In this document: positions 8,733 through 19,600 of the stretch, in pieces
Layout of the letters: the number at the start of each line of letters is the position of its first letter
Numbering within the stretch: position 1 is the stretch's first letter
Assembly (NCBI GenBank): GCA_011390805.1
Contig: JAABRT010000005.1
Coordinates: 9,649-73,648 of the forward strand
Length of the DNA: 64,000 bases
Source: Gemmatimonas sp.
GTDB taxonomy: Bacteria > Gemmatimonadota > Gemmatimonadetes > Gemmatimonadales > Gemmatimonadaceae
Direction of reading: 5' to 3'
Translations under genes and position numbers: made by a program
Notes under the pieces: generated by a model
The model's input: the letters and a program-made list of their open reading frames with translations, nothing else
Database searches by the model: none
What the model was told of the DNA's origin: nothing

Positions 8733-11700
8733 GAATTGTCGAGTTCGCCGTCAAGCGCTGGCAGTTCACGGTACTGCTGTTCCTGATGCTGATCGCGATC
8801 GGATTCACGAGCTGGCAGACCATTCCGCGTGCCGAGGATCCGTCGTTTCCTGTGCCGATTTTTACTGTGGTGGCTGTCTATCCCGGTGCTGATGCGAGCG
8901 ATATGGAGCAGCAGGTCACGGAGCCCATTGAACGTGAGCTGTACGCACTGGAGAACGTGAAAGAACTGTATTCCCGAAGCGGTGACGGGCTGGCGGTTAT
9001 CACGGTGGAGTTTGAGGTGGAGGTCGATGCCGACCGCAAGGAAGACGAGGTGCGTCGCGAGATCAACGGACTGCGGGCGGAGCTGCCCGCCGCACTACAG
9101 CGGCTTGATGTGCAGCGCAATGAAAACAACACAGTGGCGATCGCGCAGATCGCGCTGGTGAGTGAGACAACGCCGTACCACGAGCTCGATGTCATTGCGG
9201 AGCGCATTGAAGAATCGATCGAGCGCGTGCCGGGTGTGCGTCAGGCCGACCGATGGGGTGCACCGCGACGGGAAGTACAGGTGACACTCGATCTTGGGCG
9301 CATGTCGACACTCGGCATTGCACCAACGCAGGTACTGAATGCGCTGGCCAGTGACAATGGTGCGATTCCCGGTGGCAGCGTTGACGTGGGCGCACGCCGC
9401 TTCAATCTCGCGGCAACGGGGCGTTACAGCTCACTTGAGCAAATGCGCGAAACGGTGGTGAGCGGTAACGCCGGCAACATTGTTCGCGTGCGTGATGTGG
9501 CCGACGTGCAGTGGGGATACGGTGATCCGGTCCACATTACGCGCTGGAATGCACAACGCGCGATGTTTGTGAGTGTGACCCAGCAGAAGGGCACCAACAT
9601 CAGCGACGTGCGCAACGGTATCTGGCCCGTGCTCGATGCGGAAGAAGCATTGTTGCCGGCCGGAGTAACGCTTGAGCGCGGCTTTGATCAGTCGGTGAAT
9701 GTGAGTGAGCGCCTCAATCGGCTTGGCATTGACTTCGCAATTGCCCTTGCGCTGGTGATTGTCACGCTGCTGCCGCTCGGCTGGCGCGCGTCGATTGTGG
9801 TGATGGTGTCGATTCCGTTGTCGCTGGCTATTGCCGTCGCGCTGCTCAACTTCACCGGTTACTCCATCAATCAGCTGTCTATTGTAGGCTTCGTGATTGC
9901 GCTGGGTTTGCTGGTTGATGACAGCATTGTCGTGGTTGAAAACATTACCCGTTTTCTGCGGGCCGGGTACTCGCGCACCGATGCAGCAATCCAGGCCACC
10001 AAACAGATCGCGGTCGCCGTGCTTGGATGTACCGCCACGCTGATCTTCGCGTTTCTCCCGTTGCTGTTCCTGCCCGGATTGGCGGGACGCTACATTCGCT
10101 CGCTGCCCATCGCTGTGGTGTACGCGGTGCTCGCGTCGCTGTTTGTCTCGTTTACCGTGATTCCGTGGCTGGCCAGTCGTATCCTGCCTCGAGAGGAGCC
10201 CAAGGAAGGCAATCGTTTTCTACAGCTGCTCGATACAGGGATCCGTCGCACGTATGCTCCGCTGCTCGGCCGGGCGTTGATGTATCCGTGGCGCACCCTG
10301 GCGCTCTCTGCGGCACTCGTCGTAGGCAGTCTTGCGCTCATTCCAGCCGTTGGCTTCTCGCTTTTCCCGAAGGCAGGTACGCCGCAGTTTCATGTGGATA
10401 TTGAAACGCCCGATGGATCGAGCCTCGATGAAACCAACCGGGCGGTGAGATTTGCTGAACGTGTCATCGGCGCCCATCCGTCGGTGCGCGGCATGTTCAG
10501 CAACGCAGGGAAAGACAACCCGCCGGTGTATTACAACGTGTTTCAGCGTGCGGAGGCGGCGAATCGCGGCCAGTTGTTTGTGCTGCTGCACGACTACGAT
10601 GCCGTGAACACGCCGGTGATGCTCGACTCATTACGGAATCAGCTGGCCGAATACGCCGGTGCGCGCATTGAGCTGAAGGAGTTCGAGAACGGGCCTCCTA
10701 TTGAAGCTCCTATTGCAATGCGTGTAGAGGGTCCCGATCTCGACACACTGCGCCTGCTTGCCTCGCGGGTGGAAACCGTGATGCAAGGAACAGCGGGTAC
10801 TCAATACGTGCGCAATCCCATTCGCCTGCGGCGCACCGACCTGCGACTGAATGTTGATCGTCAGAAAGCGGGTTTGCTCGGCATTCCCAGTATTGAAGTG
10901 GATCGCACGCTGCGGCTTGGTATTGCCGGTCTCGAGGCGGGATACTTTCGCGGAGCCGATGGCAATGAACACCCGCTGGTTGTGCGGCTCGCACACGACG
11001 GTCGTCCCACACCCGAGGCGCTGGACCGCATTTACGTCACATCGGTGCAAGGTGCGTTGGTGCCGCTGGGTCAGGTGGCAACGCTTGGTTTTGAAGCCAA
11101 GCCCACCGTGATCGATCATCGTGAGCGTGTGCGCGCCGTGAGCATCACCAGCTATGTGCAGAGTGGATTCAACACCGACCGGGTCACACGCGAAGTGCTG
11201 GCTGCACTCGAAAGTGTCGATGTGCCCGACGGCTATCGTTTGTATGCGGCTGGAGAAATTGAAAGCCGGGAGGAGAGCTTTGGCGGCATCGGTTCGGCGG
11301 TGATTGTTGCGGTGTTTGGGATACTGGCGATTCTTGTGCTCGAGTTCCGCAGCTTCCGCACAACACTGGTGGTTGCATCGGTGATTCCGCTTGGAGTTGT
11401 TGGTGGTATCCTCGCGCTGCTCTTCACCGGCTACACGTTGTCGTTCACGGCGATGATCGGGTTTGTTGCGCTGGTGGGCATTGAGATCAAGACATCAATC
11501 CTGCTGGTGGACTTCACCGACCAGTTGCGCGCCGAAGGCTTCGGTCTCGACGACGCCATTCAGAAGGCCGGTGAAATACGCTTTGTGCCGATCGTGCTCA
11601 CCGCCATTACAGCCATTGGCGGACTGCTGCCTTTGGCGGTGCAGGGCTCGGCGCTGTATTCGCCGTTGGCCTGGGTGATTATCGGTGGGCTGGTGTCCAG

Positions 11701-11821
11701 CACGTTTATCGCGCGTCTGGTCACACCTGTGATGTACAAACTGCTGGCGCCGCCGTTGGAGGCGCCCGATGCAGAGCGGGAGAGTTCGGTGGGGCTGCGT
11801 CCGGTGCCGGCGCTTGGGTAG
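8729..11821 (+). CDS. Efflux RND transporter permease subunit (AcrB/HAE-type)
   Basis: 1030 aa with twelve-TM RND architecture and two large periplasmic loops. The start overlaps the adaptor stop (ATGA at 8729-8732). Confidence 0.95.
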   Translation: MRIVEFAVKRWQFTVLLFLMLIAIGFTSWQTIPRAEDPSFPVPIFTVVAVYPGADASDMEQQVTEPIERELYALENVKELYSRSGDGLAVITVEFEVEVDADRKEDEVRREINGLRAELPAALQRLDVQRNENNTVAIAQIALVSETTPYHELDVIAERIEESIERVPGVRQADRWGAPRREVQVTLDLGRMSTLGIAPTQVLNALASDNGAIPGGSVDVGARRFNLAATGRYSSLEQMRETVVSGNAGNIVRVRDVADVQWGYGDPVHITRWNAQRAMFVSVTQQKGTNISDVRNGIWPVLDAEEALLPAGVTLERGFDQSVNVSERLNRLGIDFAIALALVIVTLLPLGWRASIVVMVSIPLSLAIAVALLNFTGYSINQLSIVGFVIALGLLVDDSIVVVENITRFLRAGYSRTDAAIQATKQIAVAVLGCTATLIFAFLPLLFLPGLAGRYIRSLPIAVVYAVLASLFVSFTVIPWLASRILPREEPKEGNRFLQLLDTGIRRTYAPLLGRALMYPWRTLALSAALVVGSLALIPAVGFSLFPKAGTPQFHVDIETPDGSSLDETNRAVRFAERVIGAHPSVRGMFSNAGKDNPPVYYNVFQRAEAANRGQLFVLLHDYDAVNTPVMLDSLRNQLAEYAGARIELKEFENGPPIEAPIAMRVEGPDLDTLRLLASRVETVMQGTAGTQYVRNPIRLRRTDLRLNVDRQKAGLLGIPSIEVDRTLRLGIAGLEAGYFRGADGNEHPLVVRLAHDGRPTPEALDRIYVTSVQGALVPLGQVATLGFEAKPTVIDHRERVRAVSITSYVQSGFNTDRVTREVLAALESVDVPDGYRLYAAGEIESREESFGGIGSAVIVAVFGILAILVLEFRSFRTTLVVASVIPLGVVGGILALLFTGYTLSFTAMIGFVALVGIEIKTSILLVDFTDQLRAEGFGLDDAIQKAGEIRFVPIVLTAITAIGGLLPLAVQGSALYSPLAWVIIGGLVSSTFIARLVTPVMYKLLAPPLEAPDAERESSVGLRPVPALG

Positions 11822-11873
11822 TGCAGCTGTGCAAGCTCTGCAAGCTGTGCACTCACGATCGGTTAAGCAGCGT

Positions 11874-12191
11874 CTACCGCGGTGGTTTGGGGCGAAGCAC
11901 AGGGGCGCGGGTTTGCAGTCGTCCGCCCGTGGGCTGCGCCCATAGCGGCGCGCCCGGGCCGCGGTCTCCCGGTCCCCACACGCACGTATGAACTTCGTGC
12001 AACTTGGTTACCTGGAATGTCGCTCTGGACACCCGGCAGGTTGACCCGTCGGTGGCGTGCAGCAGGTTATTTCCCGATTTCGCAGCTACGGTTTTAATCT
12101 CTACGGCGAAGCCGAGGGGAAGGCGCGTTCTTACGCAGGCGGTAGACAGCAGCGCAGCGACTACCAATGTCGCAGTGGAAACTGTTCGCAT
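11874..12191 (-). CDS. Small hypothetical lipoprotein
   Basis: Signal plus lipobox MRTVSTATLVVAALLSTAC. It starts 2 nt after the TonB-like stop. There is no recognisable domain, and third-position GC looks weaker than in neighbouring genes. Confidence 0.45.
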   Translation of the reverse strand: MRTVSTATLVVAALLSTACVRTRLPLGFAVEIKTVAAKSGNNLLHATDGSTCRVSRATFQVTKLHEVHTCVWGPGDRGPGAPLWAQPTGGRLQTRAPVLRPKPPR

Positions 12192-12193
12192 GT

Positions 12194-13084
12194 CTACCGT
12201 ACCTCGCGCGGCGCCTTTTCCGGCGTGCGCGCGGAGTCGGCGCTCGCACGTCCCGTGGGCGCCGTGTCCGGCGCGCGCCTCAGCGCTCCGGCGCGATCCG
12301 CTGGCAGTGAGTCGCCCACCAAGCTGTCAACAGGCAGCGTATCGCCGGGCAAACTGGCCACGCGGAATGTGAACTGTTGCACCACTACCTGCGCCACGGG
12401 AGCGCCACGTAACGTGGCAGGCGAGAACTTCATCATGGGCAGCGCCCGGCGCACGGCGCTGGTGAACGCCGTGTCCGACGTTTGCACCGCCACAAAAGAC
12501 GCAGGATCTGCACGGCCTGTTGAGTCGACGATGAAGCGCGCCAGTACAGCACCCTCAATGCGCGCACGCAGCAGGCTTTCGGGATACTCAGGCCCCGCGC
12601 TGTTGGGGTCGGGCGTGACGGCGCTGTCGACCTCAACAACCGAAAGTGCTACGTCTTCGAGCGCAGATGTCGGCGCTTCGGCCTCTTCGACGGCATCATT
12701 GCCTTCGCCTCCTGCACCGGTGCCCGGAACGGGCACTTCGGTTGACCCCGATCCGTCGGAGGTTTGATCCACGACAGGCGCGAGCTCGGCGTTGCCGGCG
12801 AGCCCGGCATACAGGAGCCGTTCTTCGGCAATACTGGCAACCGCCTTGTTCTCGGGCGCGATATACATCGCACGCACCATCTGCTCGCGCGCATCTGCGC
12901 CCCGGAACTCCAAGGACAGCAGCACCACCGCACCAGCAACGCCAATCAGGTGGATTGTCATGCCACCGAGCACGCCGGCCGCTCTCCGCGCGCTCAGCGA
13001 ACGGCCTGATTCCAGCAGGGTAAGGCCCCGACGTGTGCGGGGGGGCGCCAACGGTGACGAAGGCGTGTTCATACCGATCTCCAC
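12194..13084 (-). CDS. Energy transducer TonB-family protein
   Basis: N-terminal TM anchor (MTIHLIGVAGAVVLLSL), a Pro/Ala/Gly-rich spacer, and a C-terminal TonB domain (PEYPESLLRARIEGAVLARFIVDSTGRAD...MKFSPATLRGAPV). Confidence 0.75.
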   Translation of the reverse strand: MEIGMNTPSSPLAPPRTRRGLTLLESGRSLSARRAAGVLGGMTIHLIGVAGAVVLLSLEFRGADAREQMVRAMYIAPENKAVASIAEERLLYAGLAGNAELAPVVDQTSDGSGSTEVPVPGTGAGGEGNDAVEEAEAPTSALEDVALSVVEVDSAVTPDPNSAGPEYPESLLRARIEGAVLARFIVDSTGRADPASFVAVQTSDTAFTSAVRRALPMMKFSPATLRGAPVAQVVVQQFTFRVASLPGDTLPVDSLVGDSLPADRAGALRRAPDTAPTGRASADSARTPEKAPREVR

Positions 13085-13289
13085 GCGGCGGAGGAAGGAT
13101 GCACAAAGATGTACAAACGCCGCTTACTCAAACCAAACGTCGGATCCCCCCGTCGCGCAAGGACCTGAGCGCGCACGACACCAAGGCGTAGCGACCGCAA
13201 CGCTCACGCCGTCCCCGGCGTAAAATCACATCGACCCCACGCGAGCCTTTCCGGTGCGCGCACGTTCCCCTCCCGTCCCTACCCACCTC

Positions 13290-16200
13290 ATGCGAAGTCC
13301 GCTCTACCTTGCCCTTCTGGCGCTCGGTGTCTCCGCCACCGGTTCCGGCCTTGTCGCCCCGCTGCACGCGCAGCGCGCCGCGGCAGCCGACCCAACAACT
13401 GCGGCCATCAACGCGCTGCGCTGGCGCAGCATCGGTCCGGCCAACATGGCGGGGCGCATTGTTGACGTGGAAGGCATTCCGTCGCCTTCGCGCACCTTCT
13501 ACGTGTCCACCGCCGCCGGTGGCGTGTGGAAGACGATCAACGGTGGCACCACGTTTTTCCCCGTGCTCGACACAGCGCGCGTGGCGGCCGGTGGTGATCT
13601 CGCGATCGCACCGTCCGATACCAATGTGATTTACTGGGGCACCGGTGAGCCGAACTCACGCAACTCGATTTCGGCTGGTGGCGGCATTTACAAGTCCACC
13701 GACGGCGGCGCGTCATGGTCGTTCCTCGGCCTTGAGGAAACCCGGCACATTGGTCGTGTGCAGGTGCACCCCACCAACCCCGACATCGTGTGGGTAGCGG
13801 CGCTGGGACACGCCTGGGGATCCAACCCGGAGCGCGGCCTCTACAAAACCACCGACGGTGGCAAGACGTGGGCGCTCAAAAAGTTCATTGATGACAAGAC
13901 CGGCTTTGTGGACGTGCAGGTGCACCCCACCAACCCGGATGTTCTCTTCGCGTCGAGCTATCAGCGCGTGCGCGGTCCGTATTTCCTGAACTCCGGCGGA
14001 CCGGGCTCAGCGCTCTGGAAGAGCACCGATGGTGGTGAGAGCTGGAGCGAAGTAAAGGGCGGTGGGTTCCCTGAGACCATGAAGGGTCGCATCGAGATTG
14101 CCATCTCGCAGAGCAACCCGAACATCATGTTCACCATGGTGGAAGCCGATACGGCACCCAATGCAAAACCCGCCAGCGGCACACCGCAGCAGCGTCGGCC
14201 GAGTGGCTTGTACCGTTCGGAAGACGGTGGGCAGACATGGGAATACCGCAATCCCAGCAACACGCGTCCGTTCTACTACTCGCAGGTGCGTGTTGACCCC
14301 AAGAACCCTGATGTTGTGTTCTGGTCCTCGACACCGGTGAAGTACTCGCGCGACGGTGGCAAGACGGCTGGCAATACCACGGTTGGTTTGCACGTGGACC
14401 ATCATGCCATGTGGATTGACCCCAACGATACGCAGCGCATCATTGTGGGCAATGATGGTGGACTGGGCATCTCACTTGATGGCGGTGGTACGTGGGAGTT
14501 CCCGAACACGTTTGCGCTGGGGCAGTTCTACGCGATTTCGTACGACATGCAGGTGCCCTACCGCGTGTGCGGCGGCTTGCAGGACAACGGATCGTGGTGC
14601 GGACCGAGCCGCCGGCGTCAGGGTGCCATCACCAATGCGATGTGGCACAACATCGGTGGTGGTGACGGGTTCGTCACCGCGCAAGATCCCACCGATCCCA
14701 ACACCATTTATTCAGAAAGCCAGGGCGGCAACATCTCCCGCTATGATTGGGCCAGCGGCGCGCGTTCGGGGCTGCGCAAGCCGAACTGGCGCGACGCCTA
14801 CAGCGCGTGGGAAGACAGCATTGCGGTTGTCCGCGGCGATGAATCCCGTCCGGAAACGGCCGATATGCGCCGTCAGATCGCCACGATCCGCGCCAAGCAG
14901 AAGCAGGATTCACTCGATCTGCAGCTGCGCTGGAACTGGAACACACCGTTCCTGATCTCCAAGCACAACCCGCGCACACTGTACTTTGCGGCCAACCGCG
15001 TGCTCAAGAGTGTTGAGCGTGGCGACAACATGTTCCCGATTTCACCGGACCTGTCGTACGCCGACACGATGAAGATCCGGGTCTCTACCCGCACCACCGG
15101 TGGTATCACTCCCGATGTGACGCAGGCCGAGACGTTTGCGACGATTGTTTCGCTCAATGAATCGCCGGTTCGTCCGGGCGTATTGTTTGCCGGCACCGAC
15201 GACGGCCGCGTGTGGCTCACGAAAAACGACGGCGGTGCGTGGGAAGAAGTGACGAAGAACATCACCGGTGTGCCGGCGGGTGCGTACGTGTCGCGCATTG
15301 AACCGTCGTACGCGTCCGAAGGCACGTTCTATGTGTCGTTCGATGATCATCGTCGCGATGACTACAAGCCGTACGTGGTGATGAGCACCGATTACGGCCG
15401 CACGTTCAAGTCGATTTCCAGCAACCTGCCCACCGGACAGATCGATTTCGTGCACGTGATTCGCGAAGACCCGGTCAATCCGAATCTGTTGTATGTGGGC
15501 ACGGATGTCGGTGTGTATGTGTCGCTCAACAAGGGCGAGTCGTGGCAGCGCTTCATGACCGGATTCCCCAGCACGCCGGTGCACGATCTGCAGATTCATC
15601 CGCGTGATCGTGAGCTCATTGCCGGTACGCACGGTCGGTCCATCTGGATCGTAGACGTGGCACCGCTGCAGCAGATGACGCCCACGGTGATGGCTGCCGC
15701 GTCGCACCTGTTTGAACCGCGCACGGCGTTTCAGTGGGGTGAGCCGCCCATCAATGGTGGCAGCAATGGCCACAAGTTGTTTCAGGCACCCAGTCCGCAG
15801 TACGGGGCTGATTTGTGGTACCGCGTAGGCAGCGGCACCGGTCAGGCGCGCATTGTGGTGCAGGACGCGTTGGGTGACACGATCACCACGATCAACGGCC
15901 CCGGTGGTCCCGGTCTGCATCGTGTGTCGTGGAACATGCGTGGCAAGCCGTTGCCCGCACCGCCGCTGTCACCGGCTCAGTTGCGCGACAGCATCAACAC
16001 GGCGCGTCGCATCGTTGTGGTGCTCGACTCACTCGAGAAGGAAGGCTCGATTCCGGCCAACCTGATCGCGCAGGCCCGTACGGCCATGGCTGAAGGACCG
16101 GCCGGCATCCAGCGCCTCATGGGTGGTGGTGGCGGCGGTGGCGGCCGCGGTGGTTTTGGAGGCGGTGGCGGATTCTCCGGTGCACGCAACGATCGTCCGG

Positions 16201-16550
16201 GTGAGTCGCGCCCGACGCCCAGCTTCCCGACTGCACCCGCTGGTGGTGGACGTGGTGCAGGTGCCGCGCGTGAGACCGATCAGGCCAACGTGCAGTCGGT
16301 GTTCGCCGCAATGCGCGAAGCCATTCCCGACTTCAATCCGTTTGGCGGCCGCGGTGGTCGTGGCGGCTTCGGTGGCGGTGGTATGGTAACCAGCGGTGAT
16401 TTCCGCGTCACACTCACTGCGGGCGGCAAAACCATGTCGCAGATGTTGCGTGTGGAGCAGCTCAACGGCGCCGATGCCACCCTCGAGGGATTTGGTGAAG
16501 AGGAAGAGTTGCTGCGCGAGTTCAACCGCTGGATGCGAGCCGCGCGCTAA
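13290..16550 (+). CDS. Secreted sortilin/VPS10-type BNR (Asp-box) repeat protein with Gly/Arg-rich inserts
   Basis: Signal peptide MRSPLYLALLALGVSATGSGLVAPLHA. Repeated Asp-boxes: STDGGASW, TTDGGKTW, STDGGESW, SEDGGQTW, SLDGGGTW, SLNKGESW. Low-complexity GGGGGGGGRGGFGGGGGFSG and FGGRGGRGGFGGGG lie near the C-terminus. Confidence 0.85.
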   Translation: MRSPLYLALLALGVSATGSGLVAPLHAQRAAAADPTTAAINALRWRSIGPANMAGRIVDVEGIPSPSRTFYVSTAAGGVWKTINGGTTFFPVLDTARVAAGGDLAIAPSDTNVIYWGTGEPNSRNSISAGGGIYKSTDGGASWSFLGLEETRHIGRVQVHPTNPDIVWVAALGHAWGSNPERGLYKTTDGGKTWALKKFIDDKTGFVDVQVHPTNPDVLFASSYQRVRGPYFLNSGGPGSALWKSTDGGESWSEVKGGGFPETMKGRIEIAISQSNPNIMFTMVEADTAPNAKPASGTPQQRRPSGLYRSEDGGQTWEYRNPSNTRPFYYSQVRVDPKNPDVVFWSSTPVKYSRDGGKTAGNTTVGLHVDHHAMWIDPNDTQRIIVGNDGGLGISLDGGGTWEFPNTFALGQFYAISYDMQVPYRVCGGLQDNGSWCGPSRRRQGAITNAMWHNIGGGDGFVTAQDPTDPNTIYSESQGGNISRYDWASGARSGLRKPNWRDAYSAWEDSIAVVRGDESRPETADMRRQIATIRAKQKQDSLDLQLRWNWNTPFLISKHNPRTLYFAANRVLKSVERGDNMFPISPDLSYADTMKIRVSTRTTGGITPDVTQAETFATIVSLNESPVRPGVLFAGTDDGRVWLTKNDGGAWEEVTKNITGVPAGAYVSRIEPSYASEGTFYVSFDDHRRDDYKPYVVMSTDYGRTFKSISSNLPTGQIDFVHVIREDPVNPNLLYVGTDVGVYVSLNKGESWQRFMTGFPSTPVHDLQIHPRDRELIAGTHGRSIWIVDVAPLQQMTPTVMAAASHLFEPRTAFQWGEPPINGGSNGHKLFQAPSPQYGADLWYRVGSGTGQARIVVQDALGDTITTINGPGGPGLHRVSWNMRGKPLPAPPLSPAQLRDSINTARRIVVVLDSLEKEGSIPANLIAQARTAMAEGPAGIQRLMGGGGGGGGRGGFGGGGGFSGARNDRPGESRPTPSFPTAPAGGGRGAGAARETDQANVQSVFAAMREAIPDFNPFGGRGGRGGFGGGGMVTSGDFRVTLTAGGKTMSQMLRVEQLNGADATLEGFGEEEELLREFNRWMRAAR

Positions 16551-16570
16551 CACACGGAAACTGCAGCAGT

Positions 16571-16623
16571 AAACAACAACGCCCCCGAACCGTGCATGAC
16601 GGTTCGGGGGCGTTTGTGTTGTT
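16571..16623. terminator. Bidirectional intrinsic terminator between convergent genes
   Basis: 12-bp perfect stem: GCCCCCGAACCG (16581-16592) pairs with CGGTTCGGGGGC (16600-16611) around a 7-nt loop. It is flanked by AAACAACAAC upstream and GTTTGTGTTGTT downstream, which gives a U-rich tail on both strands. Confidence 0.7.
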
Positions 16624-16645
16624 GGCGTGCACACACACCGCACCG

Positions 16646-19600
16646 TTATCGGGTGGATTCTGTACCCGGCACTGTTTGCACGCGTGCTCCATCGCGCAAC
16701 CGCTGCAGCGCCATCCGTGCTTCGCGCAGCTCATCATGCAGTGACGGGTCCGCATTGCTCCACCAGCTCACGAAGCGCTCGTACGCCGCCGTCGCCTTGT
16801 CGGCTTCGCCAAGCTGTTCGTACAGCCTTGCGCGAACGAGATAGCTGCGCACAAAGAGCGCAGCACCCGGTTCAGCCATTCCAAGTTGCAGATTGTTGAG
16901 CTCCATGGCGGCGTAGGTATCGAGCGCGCCACGCAGGTCACCGAGTCTGGCTCGTACCTCCGCTTGCGTCAGTGCACGCACGCCACCGCTGGTGAGCGTC
17001 CGATTGCGGAGCTGATCGGCGGTTGGAAACTCCGCCGCCAGGCGCCGCGCGGCCAGTGTGTCGCCGCGATCGAGTGCCAGCGATGCGTCCAGCTCCAACA
17101 GGCGTACAGCCGGTGGTAACCAGTCTCGGACAACGCCAACAAAGCTGGAGTCGCGGGTTGCAAGATAGGCGACGTACGGCACGCCTATGGATTGCTGTCG
17201 CAGCGACGAAGGTGTTCCACCTTCTCCTGCACCGTTGAGTTGCTCAATGCCCGAACGAATGACGCGCTGCAACTGCGGTGTGGCTGGCGCTCCCATCGCC
17301 AGGCGCGCTCCGGCCGCGTACCAGTTGGCGGTGGCACGTGTTGGCAAACCGAAGATCGGGATGACAGGCGACGCCTCTTCGGCCACTGCGCCGAGACTGT
17401 CGAGCAGCGTAATGGAACCCGTGGCGGCTGCGGTTGTCATGCCAATGAACGGCAGCAGCGTACCCGGTGTGGTGGTGCGCACGCCGAGGGAGTCGGGGTC
17501 AGACTGCGTGATTGCGTCGCGCAGATCGCTCACTGCCTGATCCGGATCGCCCGACATCGCACGATAAAGCGGCAAGCTGTACGCCATTGCCGGCGAGAAT
17601 ACTGCCGGTCGCTCCCGGGCCCGCTCGAGCAAGAGAATGGCTGAGTCAAATTGCGTGAGCACGGCGTAGGTGTTGAGCAACGCCTGCCACGCCTGTGGTC
17701 CATCGGGTTCGAGCTCGAGCCAACTTGAGGCAAACTGCTTGGCGCGGTCCTGCGCCGCCCGCCGCAACGAGGACCGGCGCGCGGTATCCGCAACACTGGA
17801 GGCCAACAACATGCGATCACTGTCAATCAGCACACCGCTCGAACTCGTGGCGCTCATCTGATAAATCTCCACCAGATGCTGGTACGCCAGGTGAAACGTG
17901 GAATCGAGTTCGATAGCCCGTTCAAAGGCGCGCATTGAACGGTTGAGCATGGTGACGGTGGAGTCCGGATTATTGAGCGCTCCGTTGAGCGCCATATGAT
18001 AGTCGGCGTCGGCTAGCCCGTACCACACATCGCCATCACCTGAATCTGTGGCGACCAGTGTGGTCAGGCGCTCGCGCGCCGACCGCCAGTTGCGAACGGC
18101 GCCTTCGGTGTCGGCCACCGATGCGGCCTGAAATCCACGCGCCAGGTCACGATTGGCCGTTAGAACTTCGCGCTGGCGAGGAGAGAGGCGCGCACCGAAT
18201 CGCACAGCATTTTCGGCCGACTGCAGGTACAGCGAATCGTCAATGTTGCGCCAGCCCAGGCCGAGCGAGCGCTTGTAATACGCCAGTGCAAACGTGGAAT
18301 CGATCGCGATGGCCTCGGCGAAGTGCGCGTCGGCCTCGTCGGTGCGCCAGCGGTTGAGCGCGCGCAAACCATCGAGGTACAGCCGGTACGCCGCCACCGA
18401 TTCGGTGGTTTGACGCGTGAGCTCAACGGAAAGCGCCGGACCGTTCATCAGGTCGAGCAGGCCGCGCGCGATGCGATCAAAGGCCACTCGTGGATCGCTG
18501 TCAATCGGAATGCCAGCGGTGGCGGTATCAATGCGCGAACCTGTCGCGACATCAAAGAGACGCGCGACGAGAAAGAGTGAGTCGTTGGCGCTGGTGATCT
18601 GCCCCATGACCACCGTCCCTGCGGCGGCACGTCGGGCAATGCGTCGCGCGTCATCAAGACTCACACGTCGCGTTTCATCAGCGCGCACGTCGTTCAGCAA
18701 ATCGAGCGTGCGCTCATAGTCCACCACGCTCAGATCGTTCCACTGCGAGAGCGTGAGGCCGAGCATGTTCACAGCGCCATCGCGCAGCCAGTCGAGCGAA
18801 CTGTTCCCCGATTGCAGTTCGAACGGCGCAATGAGCCAGGTGCGTTCGTTCTGTGGCGTGGACGATGCACGATCCGACGTGAAAAACTGAAACGCGCCGA
18901 AAACCGCAAGCCCCGCGACCACCGCGCTGGCCACACGTCCGCGACTGAATACCGACGCACTGCGACGCGGCGCGCTGTTCAGGCGACTGGCGTTGAGCGT
19001 GCGATTCCCCGACAACTCCACGTCGTTTGGATCACGACCTTCGAGTACCAGCGCCATCATCCTGCCGCGTGCATAGCGTGCATCGGGCTGCTTGCGCAAC
19101 GCTTCGCGAATCACGGTGTCGAGCGCATCAGGAACGTCGGTTGACAGGGTGCGAAGCGGGATTGGCTCTTCGGTGAGATGCTTGGCCAGAATGGACGCCG
19201 GTGTTTCGGCGGTGACCACCGGCCGGCCGGCGATCATCTCGTAGGCCACCAGTCCCAACGAATACAAGTCGCTACGACCGTCAATATCATCTTCACCCGA
19301 GGCCTGCTCAGGGCTCATGTAGCGCGGTGAGCCGAGCACAAATCCGGCGCCGGTCAGTCGGCTGTCTCCCGACGAAAGCGCGCGCGCGACACCAAAATCG
19401 GTGAGCATGGCACGGCCCGTTTCGCGGTCAAGCAGAATGTTTTCCGGCTTGACGTCGCGGTGTACCACTCCCGCCGCATGGGCGTCGTCGAGCGCCATGG
19501 CGAGGTCGTGCACGATGTTGATGACAACATCCGAAGGGAGCGACTGTTCGCGCTGCAGACGGTCGCGCAGGCTTTCGCCCGGAACGTATTCCATGGCAAA

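Noticed and set aside
11821-11852. Imperfect hairpin/direct-repeat element (GTGCAGCTGTGCAAGCTCTGCAAGCTGTGCAC) after the RND gene as a terminator
   Set aside because: The pairing needs bulges and there is no U-tract. The TGCAAGCT x2 repeat is short, so the evidence is too weak to call.
12057-12767. 236-aa plus-strand ORF (and 12004-12372)
   Set aside because: Both are antisense to the TonB-family gene, whose C-terminal domain is recognisable. They are Ser/Ala/Arg/Thr-rich shadow frames.
16118-16386. GGN-rich DNA as a microsatellite or non-coding repeat
   Set aside because: It lies in frame inside a long, motif-supported ORF and encodes Gly/Arg/Phe tracts. It is treated as coding low complexity.
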